Shown piece by piece: positions 1 to 14,000 of a DNA stretch of 64,000 bases. Each line of letters begins with the position of its first letter. Position 1 is the first letter of the stretch. This DNA comes from Ophelia neglecta (lineage: Eukaryota). Under the pieces are notes generated by a model. It was not told where the DNA came from. It did no database searches and was given only the letters and a program-made list of their open reading frames with translations. Both the position numbers and the translations under genes were made by a program. Location of the stretch: assembly GCA_965285935.1 (NCBI GenBank), contig OZ260662.1:26536001-26600000 (forward strand), written 5' to 3'.

Positions 1-580
1 ATTCGAATTGAAATAAAACATATGCCGCTTAACATGACTTGCATGTCTACAGGCAGTGGCATTGAAGTCAATCCGTCTTACTCCTAATTTGGAGCGAAAG
101 TTTGCCAATGTTTTGCTGGTGCTATCTATTAAAATGTAATTTACGATAGAAATATTTAACAATTGTGTTAATTGTATGTATGCAATTGAACTGTCACAAG
201 CGCAAAATATCTTAACATTAAAAAAATTCCTATGGACTTTTATTTGTCTCTGAATCGTACATAAATATATTCGCCAAATACAGAGTAGCTTTTAAGAGTA
301 TACGTACATGTAAAATCGTCATCAGGCGGTGACTACTATTATGATATGGCAGTGATTGAAAGAAATGCACTCTAATTTAACTTTGGGCCATTTGCGAACT
401 GTATGAACAGAATCAAAAACAGAATAAGATATATCTTATTTGGTCCAAGAATAACACCGTATATACAAACAATAGTGAGAAGAAAAAAAGACCAGGAGGA
501 CACCACTGAGGTTTTGATAAAATCGCTGGCGTGTGGACCACCTATACTTTCTACATGTTTCGAATGACGTAAAGTCTTGT

Positions 581-661
581 TTTATGGCAGAAACATAATA
601 TAGAAACATATATATAGTTGTTACTTTATGACAGAAAAATAATATAGAAACATATATATAT
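581..661. repeat. Two-copy tandem duplication, period about 44 bp
   Basis: tttatggcagaaacataatatagaaacatatatata at 581 recurs as tttatgacagaaaaataatatagaaacatatatata at 625. Confidence 0.85.
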
Positions 662-2029
662 ACATATGTTATTATATATACACAAAGGGGGTAAAAATAT
701 GAAAATTCAGACTAAAAAGGAATGTAAATTTAAAAGAAGAAATATGGGGGGAAAACTCTTCACCCCTCCACCTGCACTTTTAATGATAAATGACATCGTT
801 ACCACAACATGATATACAAGTGTACAATAAACGAGTGTAGTACCAAAAAAGTATTTCTAAGCATAGAACGGTTACCTATACAGCGTGTATAAATCTGCCA
901 ATTCGAACCAAATCAGGTGCTCATGATCTAGGTCAGGACGTAGTACAGCTCCCTCCATTTCCGCAAAAGAGACTGACTGGTTGTATATAATTACAGCAAG
1001 TTCTTTATCGTCAACAGGGAGCAGATCTGTAACGAAGCGCGGGTATGCCACCAAACAATGTGTGAAGGTCCACTATTAACAGCTGTGCTGCATCACAGGA
1101 ATCATCATAAATCAAACGTTTCTTATATGCCTATACCACTGAGTTATATTGTTGTCTAGTTGGTTTGCTGTGTCTTCACGCTTATGATGGAAAGCATTTA
1201 TCCTTTACTCTTGGTAACTAGAGTATCCGCTGTGAATTTCGCTTCTGATGGAAAATTACCTCCTTGCCCCTTCAAGCAAGTACCAACACACAGAAATGCT
1301 GGGAATTTGAACCCACAAGCTTGACCTGACGTAAAGAAAAACCTGTAATTATATGTATTTAATTATTGATGAATATTATTTCTTTAACGATGGATGTCTT
1401 GTTTTAATGTCATACATGTAAATAAATTAACGTGTGTACCCGGTGCAAATATAAAAACGGTAAATAAGGCTATCCCATTACATTAGCGTTAGATATTCAG
1501 GTACTGTTTGCTAAAATCCTCAAAACATATACTATGTCATGGGATTTAACTATCGTCAATCTGCATAATGCGTTGATTAGTGATAGGCTCATAGTCGGAA
1601 AACAGAACTCTTAATCTCCCACACTACGCAACTATATAAGCATGGCATGGCAAAAATAATCTATTAATATTCATATATATTTTGAGTACTAGAGTTTGTA
1701 CGTAATCCAGCAAGAATCGTCTGCAACTGAAATCATCGATTGTTGTCAACAAATTATTTTTGTCAACGTTCCGACTATTATCACATCACATCTGAAACTG
1801 AAAAGAATATTTCAAAGGTTTTACGAGCCAATGTGTTAAATACGTTATAGATGTAGAATAGAGAAAAACATGTTCAATCCACTGATATGGTTTGTTCGCT
1901 TATTTACCAAACGCAAGGTGACCGTTATAGTAACAAGATAATATCTAGGCGTTTTCAAATGTATGCACAGTGTGCTTTGTTCAACCAAAGGAGTATTTTA
2001 TTCTTCGCTTTGTTAACAGTGTGTACAGT

Positions 2030-2176
2030 TAGACCATGATTAATCTCCGCTCTAGAGTCTTGACAATGAATAAGTTTACGAGGTCTATAAACATCAGATT
2101 AAACTAGACTTGGGGCGTAAATAAGTCAAGTCCGGCATTTAGCGACGTAAATAGTGCGGAGATTAGTACAAGGCTA
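2030..2176. mobile_element. MITE-like element with about 25-bp imperfect terminal inverted repeats (TAG...CTA ends)
   Basis: Left end is tagaccatgattaatctccgctcta. The reverse complement of the right end is tagccttgtactaatctccgcacta (shared core taatctccgc). No clear TSD; the superfamily (Academ-like ends) is a guess. Confidence 0.5.
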
Positions 2177-5100
2177 GTGTATTAGGAAATTCTCTATTCT
2201 TTATTTGCCAGTTGTGGTTGCTATCTGTCGACCAATGTATGATTTAGTGAAAGAGAGGAACCTTCATGGAGGCAGTCTAGATAGACGATGTTCATCCGTT
2301 ATACGTCTGAGCATTTGCCATCATTCTAGGGACGACTAAGCAAACCTCGTGTATCATCTTGTTCTGTTCTTATCAATTGGTTAGATGTTAAATGATTGCT
2401 TGTAATTATTGAGTAGCCGATTTCCTATGAATCATTTTCCCTTTGGTAATTGTAGTTGCCAAGACATTTTAGAGTTCCGTTATGTCTGATGTAACCACTT
2501 GAATTATAAACAGATTTGGCCAAATTTGAAAAGCCGAAGCTTCAACCACTGACCTTAAACTACCCTTTTGGATTTGTTATGGCCCACTACATCAACCAAG
2601 TATTTGTACATATATTTCATGCATATCAGATTCCTGAGATATTTTTCTAAGCGTCGCTTCCTTTAAGGAATGTAGCCAAGGTGCATGCACATAAAAACCT
2701 GTATTCATCCAAAACAAAGTCAACACGGAAAATGGATTCGATTAATAACAAATGCGAACCCAATAAGACATATTACGTTTTGCTTTCATATGTTATGATG
2801 CATTCTAGTTAGGCTCTGTAGCGAACAATAGTCAACAACATGATGCCACGTGTGAACGAATCAGACGTATTGAGTATAGTTTTTTGTGACTTGTGTTTCG
2901 CCACTCAGTACACACATACGGCATGTGATCTCCAAATTTCTTACTATTTTTTTGGTGTTAATTCCACATTCAGCGTGACCAGACTGACAAGGGAGTGATA
3001 AGTATGAAGTGGGGCTGGGTGAACAACTCTCTTGGGAAATTAAACCAGGATGGCAGACATATGAAATGTTAGTCTCTTGGGGTCCGTCAATCTGGCTGAA
3101 TACTTAAGATTGCCTACAAATTTCGATATGCTGTGCGAATAAATGTCTGTGTTTACCATTCTGATCAACTTTGATCATGAATTAGTAATAAATTAACACC
3201 AGACGACACCAGTGTAAGCTTTGGAAGAATTACTACCCTACAAAAGATTTTTAATCATTTATAAATCACAAAATGAATATGAAGTGCCTTTGAAAAGTCA
3301 CTATCGAAGGCTTGCCTTGGGTATGTCTTTTGCTGTGATACTTGGTACTGCATACAATAATAGCAGCAGTCAATGACTTTTATAAGATTTAATGCTGGGA
3401 AAATTAGAAAAAGATTGCTTGAGTTATCAAGGGCCTCCCTTCCCCTTTCGCTTTCATATTACATTTACTTAGTAAAATCCCCTTTTAAATAATTGTAAGC
3501 AAAAAGATCGTGTATAGCCCGACACCACCAAACTTGCACCTACTCTCCAATAGTTCTGGAAAGGTCCGTAGTTGGGCTTTATATGTCACTAGCTAAAATT
3601 AATGTTAGTGTTCATACCTTAAAGACACCCTTAGGCTAAATCCTACTAAGAACGCCATTCCACAAAATAGCATGCTACGGATGTGACGTATTTATTTGTG
3701 GAGCACCTTCGCCTGTCATGTTTAATATCGTTTCACAAGCGTTTGCCTCGACTAAAGAAGTGAAACATTTATTGCTGCATTCTATGTATAAATGTGCATA
3801 GTATCTGCCTTAATGATTTCAGCCAAAAACAGCCCGTCCATTACAAAGCATCTCCTGTTTTTCTATGAAATTTTAATTCCATGTCATCGTAATGGAAATG
3901 GAAAAACAGAGCTAGAGCCTTTCCCCAAGAATGTGTACTAGTGCTGTTATAAAGCTGTCTTCAGATATAGTAAGAAGCAGGAAGCACCATGACTAGCCTG
4001 ATGGCCACACTACATCGGTAATACAAACACGCATACAATTTGTGTTGCGTACCGCAACTTATTGTTTATCGTTCGTTTTCTTAACCAAAACATTTTCTTT
4101 GTTGAGATAATACAGAAAGCATTGACAAAAAAACAACAAAAACAACAGTGAAAGTGCTAGAAGTTTTAGATGTAGTATTTCTCTTATATAATATTGTTGG
4201 TCTCCATGGCTCCATTTAGCCAAGAAACAACTTGTTGCAAATAGCTTCGAAATCAATGACGAGAGTTCCTTATAGATCCCTAAAATGAATCCAGTTTGTG
4301 GTTAACACAATAAATAGAATATCCATTAGAACCTTTATCGGCTGTTTTGTGAAGTTTTCAACGCATTTTGCAGCCAAATACCTATATAGATAATTGGAAG
4401 ACCAAAAAAGGTTTGGAAGACCTAAAAGTCTCCGTGAATCAAGATAAGTCTCCACAGAGGACCACACACGGTAGCTAAACGGACACATTGCTAGTGACGG
4501 TTAACATATTTTGAATACATTTCTACATTGCCTTCCTCATGAATGCGAAAAGAAATACAAAATGCACATTTCGATGTGTCATCGTCTTTACGTCTGGCCC
4601 TATGTGAAATCTTTCTGGTTTTATTCGTCGAATTCGACCGTATTTTACCATCTTGAAATTGTACACATTAAATTCAAGCCGCCACTTCTGAAAATGCTGA
4701 TTTTCTTTTACCGTGACCTTGGAGTAGTTTTCCTTTTTTGCTCATTAGATGTTTACACTGTTTTATCGGGCATTGGCACAAAAACATTGCAAACATTAAT
4801 ATATTGGTATAAAAATGTTCAAGACTGTGACAATCTGAATACTAATACTGATAACAACTTTTGACCTACGTTTTCCTGCTAAGCTTATGGAAGCTGAAAG
4901 CAAACACACGCAACGTATGGAACGCTTGTCCATCCTGTTCCAAGACGTTAAGTACATGTCGGACCTGTGATAGATTAGATCTGCAACAGCAAAGACGGAA
5001 CAAGGTCACTAAATAGGCTGGTCACATTTAACATATCTGAATTAAGAACGGCTTATTTAGAAGAACAACCAGGAAATTGCTTTTTTAACCCTTGACCATA

Positions 5101-5899
5101 ATTTTCTGCTTCATACAGATAAGCTAGAAACAGTTACATTCATCATACACGCATTTTTGTACTATGATTTCTTAATATTTACATAATTTGTCATCTTTGC
5201 ACCCTACTGAGTATCAAACATATGTACACCTTTGTTGACGTCATTGGTCATTATATCCGGCATTTATTTACATATATTTCTTTACTATATTCCTAAATAA
5301 AATTGCCGATTTCCAAAAAAAAAGGACTTATAAGATTGTTCACTCGGCCCGAACACAGAATAGGAGTGACAGTAGGGGTGAACAGGAAAAAGACTGAAAG
5401 TTGAACACCAAGCAACCGAGTATCATCCACTTGAAGGATGTGTCAAAACGGGGTGAATCGGGGGATGGCTAGTACTTTAGGGAGGATTACCCAATGATCT
5501 TCATATGGCAATGGGTCAGGCGGGGCTTGCGCCACCTCCCCCCCCCCCATGGTCCGGTAAAAGCTAGATCATGAGCGATCACGTTGATAGGAAGATGACA
5601 CTCTCATGTTAAATGACTGTAGATCATGTAAGATTCATGTAGATATATGCATCTGGCGCCAATGTTCATGTCCAATGAGTGATGTGCATATACCAATAAA
5701 ATGGCCGAAGACGACCAAAAACATATTTAAAAAATAACTTTCTACGTTGAGAGTCTACCAGGAATCCACGTTAAGTTCAAGACATTAGGAACAGTATCAA
5801 TATGGCAAATTCACACCGAGCACCCAAGCAATGGTTGTTGATGTAAATAGAGACAGTAAATTCTTTTGAGAACTAGAATCGTCATTTCTAGCCGATGGT

Positions 5900-7700
5900 G
5901 CTACATGGGGCAAATCGGCCGCAAACCGAGGCTTAACAGACGATGCAGAAGGCGATCAACAAAAAGCTGCGGCTCTAAATCTCGTAAGAAACGCACCCAG
6001 GAGTACACGTACGGCACAGTTTGGAGGGCAATGCCCAAGCCCAACTAGGACTTGCCCTATCTGCAAGCAGGACAGTCGTGCTGATTTTGACCATTACCTT
6101 AGTACCTGCCCATTCCATCGTTAGAACAGACGTAACCTGATAAATACTCGCACTGTGGAGACCCATAATGACAACTATGAAGAGGAGGAGTTCATTAAGG
6201 GAACTGAATCCTAATCATCAACAATGATGAACCATGTGACGCCACAACAGCACGCGTTAGTGTGGGAATGTCACCCAAATTAACCTTGTTTTTAGGACTA
6301 GCCCATGCCTCTTCTTCTCGACACCGAAGCAGATGATAACCTCATTCGTAATGATGAGGCCCGCTATAAAGATATATCCTAACAACATCCAGACACAAGC
6401 TCAAGCTAATGGTGTCTCATACCTTGGTGTTGCCAGAAAGGTCCACACATCCTTCAAAAGAGGAGGAACATTTTCGATGCTATCGTAGTACAGTGCCTAG
6501 CCTCTCCAGTCATCGCAGGCTCCGCATTTCTAGCTGCCAGCGACATCACCGTCAACCAGGACTGAGTGAACCCACCCTTCCGGACATGTACCTATGACTC
6601 AAACAAGACAGCCAACAGTGATGCTTGCAATAGGCAGATCCATATTCAACGCACTCCTGTGACCAGTGTCATATGGCCTGGGGAGCTCTTAGAGTTACCA
6701 CCCCCACTACACATCCAACTACATAGCCATCAGTCCCATGGCTGGCATTGAATGCACACTAGTCAACAGTGAGTCCGAAACTTTTCCTGAGCGTACCGAA
6801 ACATCTCCCGTAGTAGGATATATACGGCTGCAAAACATCTATCCAGTATCTGTCAGAGTGCCCAAGCATTTTCAAATATTTCTAGCCAAACCACTATGTG
6901 GCAGTCTCGTTGACCCCCACAACCATGCTACACATGCCAAACCTACCTACATTGAGTGCTCTGAAACAAACTACAGCTCCAGCCCAGTACACTGCTACAG
7001 TACGCATTGACCCGGATAACCAGCTGCCGATCGAATATAATATTTACGCTCTATCACCGATGAGCTCTTCAATCCCAAATTCATTGGATACAATGGAGCC
7101 TCAGTGCCGTTTGGTGGGGAAAGACACCAGGCCCCAGCCTGCACTGATCTCTCTGGTGTGGACAACACAAGCTGCAGCATTGCCAGGTGGAAGCACAGCA
7201 TAATATCAAAGTTAACTAGTGCTTATTTACTTCAAATCCCCCTTTCCAAGAATTTCCTCAAGTACTGTGGGATCGCGACACCATTTAGAGGGGTACGTGT
7301 ATACGGCAGATGCGCCATAGGTACGCTTAGAATCGAATCTGCCCTAGAGGACCTGATGAATCCTGGCCGACCAACTAATGAAGGGCACGGCCGTAATAGA
7401 AGGTTGCCTACTGCGGGGGAAATCCCATCAATGAACAAATAGACAACTGGCGAGAGGTCCTCACCAAGTTAGCAAAAAACAACCTGCGCCTTTCCGCAGC
7501 CTAAACCGTTATCTGTCCCCAGAATGCTACAATCTCGGGGTGGCTATAGTCTGCTGGTCGTCTGAAGCCCTCCCACACTCTATTGCTACACTGAGTACAT
7601 GCCAGCTTCTACAAACAGTGTCAGAACTGCGAAGGCCATAGCTCATCTGGTACCCTTGGACGATATGGTGGCCCTGCCTAAGACTGACACCTGAGCCTGA
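5900..7700 (+). pseudogene. Heavily decayed Ty3/Gypsy gag-pol relic (zinc knuckle, aspartic protease, partial RT)
   Basis: Motifs in the expected order: CPICKQDSRADFDHYLSTC (6053-6109, CCHC); LLLDTEADDNLI (~6311, degenerate DTG); LFNPKFIGYNGAS (~7065); LTSAYLLQIPLSKNFLKYCGIATPFRGVRVYGRCAIG...ESALEDLM (7210-7360); AYCGG; NWREVLTKLAKNNLRLSAA*TVICP (7445-7520). Many stops, frameshifts and deletions; boundaries approximate; no paired LTRs found. Confidence 0.8.
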
Positions 7701-10700
7701 ATTAGCTTTAATCAGGCGGCATCCTTTCTTAGGCATGATACCGTGCCATTAGCGTGGTGTACACTCGGTGTTTACAGCACATGTGCATTACTTTAGCCAT
7801 TTTTTCAATGCACTTTAGACAGTTGTACAACAATTTTTAATGGTTCTAGGCAGCGTGTGTACCAGATTGTGTAAAATGAAAGGTGTAGAAAAGGAAGAAA
7901 AGGAGCGAGGATTATACAGTGGCCAATGTGAATGTTATATCTAGAAAGAAGTATAATGACCTAAAGAAAAAGGTTCATAAAGATGAAACCAAAAGGAAGC
8001 CACTTCCTAATAAGGTTTAAATAAATAGAGACTGGCACAATCGTCTTGTCAAAACGGGGAGAGTGAGCGGAAAATCTATCACCTCGACATGATCGGAAGT
8101 CAAAGCAGCTAGGGACCTGGTTATTGGTGATAGTTGGCCTCCGGCTGACGGTTCCTGAGGAATTCGAAACCTTTTCGATGCCCTATTTTTGATTAAGCTG
8201 TGTCTGCCGGTTACCGACTCGAGTGGGTCATATTAAGAATAGAGTTACTAGTTCTTCTTAGTAACAGTAATTTAATGTCTGACCACTGTTTGTCAGTTTC
8301 ATTGAACATTTGTCAGGTGATTGTCAAATAATTGTCAGTATAAGTCAGGGAGAGGAAATGACAAAATGAAAGTTTCTTAGTTCAGAGTCTCCACCTATAA
8401 TTTTGTTCTAGCTGATTTATCATTTTAGGTCACTTCTGATGATTTATATCTTGACTGTTATAACGATCTTACGTTCCAGGTACATTATAAATTTTCATCC
8501 TGAAAAATAATTAACAGATCTGACTTATTGATTTTCTTTCTTTATTTTTCCTTCTATATCAACACAAATATAAGGCTCAAATTAGTATCATTACTTTCTT
8601 TGCGCCATATAATACATTTATTGATAAATATTGAACGTTAGGTGTTCCTCAGTTTTAGATATCATCCAGAGTTGGCAATCATTAGCACATCTAGACATCT
8701 TATTCATCAACACCGAAATTTCAAAACAAAATATTTAAAACCTCAGGTAAAGTGAAAAATTCAGTGTTAGACCCAACTACAAAGGTGTGCCTTGGAAAAC
8801 ACCTTGCGCCCGAAACCTAAGAATGGCAGTAATACTTCCTTTTAAGACCGGGTTTTAGTTTTAAATTATAGAAAAAGCACGGCTAAAAGTGAGTTCGCAG
8901 AGGCAAAAGCACCAGGTGCTTCTTGTATTCTAAGTGCTCTCCGGCCTCCGGCAATCAACAAAGCATGCATACATACATACATAAGAGACCGCCATGGTAT
9001 GATTCAATACGTAGAATACTGGAAAACGATAATAAACCAATGCATGGTGAAAATGTTTTTGTTTTTAGACAAATGATATATTACGGGAGTATTTACAAAA
9101 CATAAATAATTCTTCAATATATAATAAAGTAATTGAGCAAACCAAAGCGGTTACCTGAAGTACCATATTGCAACAACTATTCCCAATATGCCTTTTATAT
9201 ATGATTTAAGGTATCATAAAACGGAACTCGGCTATTGTAGAATGTCGGCAATGCAAGCTCTTACGGCAAGAGAAATATCAATCGCCAGTTTAATAATAAA
9301 ATTTTGAAAACCTTTTTTTTTTTACCTAAATGACTCCCTGTGTACCATCTGAGAGATTTTCCATTTTTCCATGCATACATGCATGTAGACATTTATGCAC
9401 ACATACCAAAAAAAATTCACACATACATGTATGCACAATAACAAATACCCATAAATACATATATATGTCATACCAAACTCCACTTTTGTGTTCTATATCT
9501 TGTTTCTTCTGTAGTATTATTTGTAGTATTTGTAGACTTGTAGTATTATTCCCTAAGGCATCTCCCGAATCCACAGAAAGGCCAGGTTTCATGCCCACAC
9601 GTGTAAGGATTGCCTGGAGGTAAAAGGGTGGTTAATATAAACACATGGTCAATAAAGTGACAGTTTGTGTTTCCTCCCTTATATTTTATTCACCATGCTG
9701 TAGGTTGCAGCAGTGCAAACCTCGCTTCTTCTGCTGACCACTACTTATTGCAAGTTATATCAATTACACTGTTAATTTCGAAGCAAGCATATGAAATAAA
9801 TACATAAAAAGTACATATTTAAATAAATGGGCTTGGTTTAACTTCTATAATAATTTACCTATACATTAATATCAAATTTAAATTATAATTCTGCAAAGCA
9901 GGCCTATCAAATGTTTCAAATGATGCATTCGCTGTGTTATTTTTGGCAAACATACAAGTACTAACTATAACATACGAGAACAAATTTTACAACACCTGTG
10001 ATCTTTACCTATATGTGGCATTTTCGTTCTAGCTTATTACTCATATTTGCCAGTTAATGCCCAACCAAGACCTGTTTTCCTATGCGCGGCACCAATATAA
10101 ATATATTTTATCATTGCGATCAATTCAGATATATGCACGCACGTATACATTTAGCCAATTTGGATGACGAGCTGTTTTCTGTGCAACACACTGAAATCCA
10201 CCTGTGTCTCATATCATGCAACATACCTTACACATTCAAAGGTGAAATATGCTGCGATAGCACTCACAATTCGTAAATGATAAAAAAAAGATCTCAGTTC
10301 AGAAAACATATTTCTCTGAATCTCGTACAAAAAGGATCTATTTCTTTAAAAAATCAATTCAATTGATTTAATATTCGATTTATTGGTTTAGCACTATGCA
10401 GTCTAAAATTCCGGGAATGGGGTTGGATGTGGGTGGGCGGGGTTTGAGTGGGTTGTGGTGTAGGTGGGGGTGAGGTGAGTGGTGTAATTTCATAGACATT
10501 TGGTATTAACCTAAGCTTGGCCATACCAGGATAGTAATTATTGTCATTTACACAAATAATAAAGTGTGAAATATTGAAACAAAATAGGCTAAATTTGCCA
10601 TTAAAATTTGTAATAATATCTGTTAATGACAATCTTAAATTTACAGAATTAATGTATGTCATTAACACTTTACTGTTTATCATACATGCATATTGTTTGT

Positions 10701-10875
10701 AAACACGTGTCGTACTATTTTGCAATATATGTATAAGCCCGGTTTGAAATAAACAAATCACCCATTTAGCAGGATTGCGACTTAAGACCGAGATTGCCGT
10801 TTATAAAATAGGAATCTACACTAATCGAGACGGTGTGAACAGCTAGAAACGATACACCTGTTGTCTGATAAAACC

Positions 10876-11022
10876 NNNNNNNNNNNNNNNNNNNNNNNNN
10901 NNNNNNNNNNNNNNNNNNNNNNNNNNNNNNNNNNNNNNNNNNNNNNNNNNNNNNNNNNNNNNNNNNNNNNNNNNNNNNNNNNNNNNNNNNNNNNNNNNNN
11001 NNNNNNNNNNNNNNNNNNNNNN
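10876..11022. other. Assembly gap (147 N)
   Basis: Run of N in the sequence. Confidence 1.
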
Positions 11023-14000
11023 TGAAACATATTCTGTGTTTACAAGTAAGATGGGGAAGAATCATGATAACACAGTTATGTCAAACATATAAACCGGGTG
11101 AATGTGAGGTTCAGATTGTCCAACTCCTTTACTGCTCCGGCTGGACAGAATTACCGACTTTCCCCGCAGTGAGGAGACTGTGGATACCGACTAGGTCAGA
11201 ACGCTTTGCCCTTTCCACATATATATAACAAAGTTTATGCAAAGCCTATAGGAATAAATAAGTCAACAGGCTTTTCCTAAAAGCACCAACTGCAGAACAT
11301 TTCTTCAATAGATTGTTCACCAAATTAAAGTGCTACTCGAGGGGAAGAGCGAGCAGTAGATTTTACTGAGATAACAGGTGTCTCGATTGTGTATAAAACG
11401 AAAGAGCACCCGCAATATACAGCGGAGCCATGCCACGAAGGGCTTAAAACGCAAGAAAAAGAACATTGAAATTCTTCTGCCATCAGTAGCCAATGCTAAC
11501 TCAGGACAGAACCCGAACATGACGCTGCACTAGCTATATGCATCCGCTCGTTAAAGTTATAAAAGGCCCCATCACACTAGGATGAAGTTTATAAAAGTCC
11601 TCACTACGACTTAGAAATGGATAAGAATGCAGCGAAAAAGCCGTGAAATAAATAAAATCAATTTTTACTACGTCCTTGCCATGTAAGTGCCAAGTTATCA
11701 ACGCGTCTAACACTATCCTATAATCACGATCGCACTACGACCAAGGAGATGGCCCAGCTAGACAGTGTTCTCTATTTACCTATCCTAAATATACCCACAT
11801 TTAATATGACACCTACTACTTGCCAATTTTCACGCATATTGTATTAAAAACGATCAAAGATTGTCTAGTTTTATCTAGATGCTTCTGGAACATAAGCTCG
11901 CAAACATTGTAGACGATTTGAATAATTCCACACCTAAATCAGCATACTTGTTCCAACAATTTATTTGACTCAAGGAACGAATTTCAAGACAGATGAAATG
12001 TTCTTGAGAGTTATCAGTCGACCCTGCCGCTACAAAAACAGGCACATTTAGTGCCATAAAATGTCTGGAGACAGACATTACAAGGCGCCAACTACTGATT
12101 GGCAAAACACGACTAAAATGTTTCTATGTGATTGTAGACATCTTGCCAGCCCCTGTTCATAATGTTTTAATGCAAATAGACTCCATTCTCGTGTAGGCTC
12201 GTGGATTGTTTACGAATTGATGCTTTACTCTCGGAAGTTTGAAACTGAGGTTGACAGAGTTGTTGATATGGATGTTTGCAAGCGGAGTTGCAAAACTCCT
12301 AGTAATTCTTGTCGGACCAATGAAAAGGTTTCCTCTGAAGAAAATACCCATACTGTATGGTATTTTCTACAAAATGTTTCTCCGAAGTTTCATTCACAAT
12401 CACCTTTCCGAGATTTGTCCCGCATTTACCATTTGAGCATGTTTATATACAACTTAATGTTCGTTTTAGTAGCAGACAGACTTTGTTTATTACCCATTGC
12501 TTAGAATTCGTCGTTGACTACCGACTTTAATTGCTGACAAATCCCATCTTATGTCAAAAGAGGTTCGTCTGTCAGCAATGGCACATTGTGTCTTGCTACG
12601 CATTCTACCTCAATAAACCAAATACGGTAAAATGACTTGCCATTTCTTTTGAGTGTTTTTAAAAAATTTAACAGCTCGTGGTGTACTGGTCAGAAATGAA
12701 CTTTAAGTGCAGCATTTGCAGCAATATCTTACGATATCCAACACCATTTAGAAATTAAGTACAGCCATTTATTACCAAATTTTAAAATGGTAAAAAGTTA
12801 ATTTTGCAAGAAAAAGGTTGTTCATTGTTACACAAGAATTGCTCTATTTCAAACATACTTTGAAAAATAACTCACTTGTTACTGCTTTGCTTTGAAAACC
12901 AGAAGTGGTGAATTTTTTTCCTGGGAAGAAATATATAATCTACAGTGTATTAAAACCCTTAGAAACATTACACGTTCTTCGCAGACAGGACAGACTTGGT
13001 CGAAAATCTAATGTACTCCATATTACTGGTAATGGTGTGCAAGTGATCGGTTGTCTGCATGCAAAGGAAGGAAGCTGTCGCTCAGAGAAGAGTAGAATTG
13101 TAAATAAAGTATGGCTCGGAGATCGCCTATCAATAGCAAAGACTAAAACCACATGCAAACAAGTATTTACCAAGCAACATTGAATCTATTGTGTTTATAT
13201 TACATTGTAATAGTACTTAGGTACAATTAACTGCCGTTTTCGGTGTCGCCTGGGTCAAATTTCAAATGAACTTCTAGATAGATATTTTACCTGCAATACA
13301 TACAATGAACACGTCCAAGACCTTTCGAACAGTTATGTAAACAAAACTTCCTTGCGTTCAGTTGTAACAAATGCAACATATTTGCTACGACCAGCCACGC
13401 TCGAATTAACTAATCGATTACAGTACGTGTCAAGAATTCATAAATGACAGATACCTTCACTGTAACGGAGAGATTTGTCGCTGTAATAAGTACTAAATGT
13501 TTCAAATGAAAACGCAGTATCTGCCTCTTTGAGTATTTTATATTATACCTCTTCCACCAAAATAATTTTTTGACTCGACTGTGAAAAATAAGTTTTTACA
13601 GTCGGAACAAGTTGGGTAAAATGTTTGGAATGTTCTTTTCATAGTCCAATTTGTCCTACAGCCGTGTTGGCCATGTTTTTAAATTCCAATTAATCCTACA
13701 CATACGTTCTATTTCTTATACCGAAGTTTAGATAGGTATTGCTTGTCATAGGTCATAGCATCGATACAAGTAATGCTGTCGTACAAGGTTGCTGAAATTG
13801 TGATACTTGGTAAAATAAACTTCATCCACATTAAAATACTATTCATAAGATTATATTTTAATAGAAGCATAATTTATGCCGTAGACAGCCTGCCAGATGC
13901 TTGGGAACTATTCTTGATTAAATACTTGTCTTGTTTACCGCATATCCACTCCAGTTTGTTAACATATATAATAACTTAATCCACAGTGTTAAAGTAATCG

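Noticed and set aside
400-1350. Possible minus-strand LINE tail (attctg-like repeats near 405-440) and SINE B-box (ggttcaaattccc near 1301-1313)
   Set aside because: Suggestive only; I could not find an A-box, a convincing ORF2 motif or a TSD.
5441-8059. tgtcaaaacgggg at 5441 and 8047 as LTR starts of the decayed Gypsy
   Set aside because: Similarity does not extend beyond 13 bp; no PPT, PBS or TSD support.
8150-8175. ctgaggaattcgaaac as a minimal hammerhead core
   Set aside because: No pairing for helix I or III and no NUH cleavage site in either topology.
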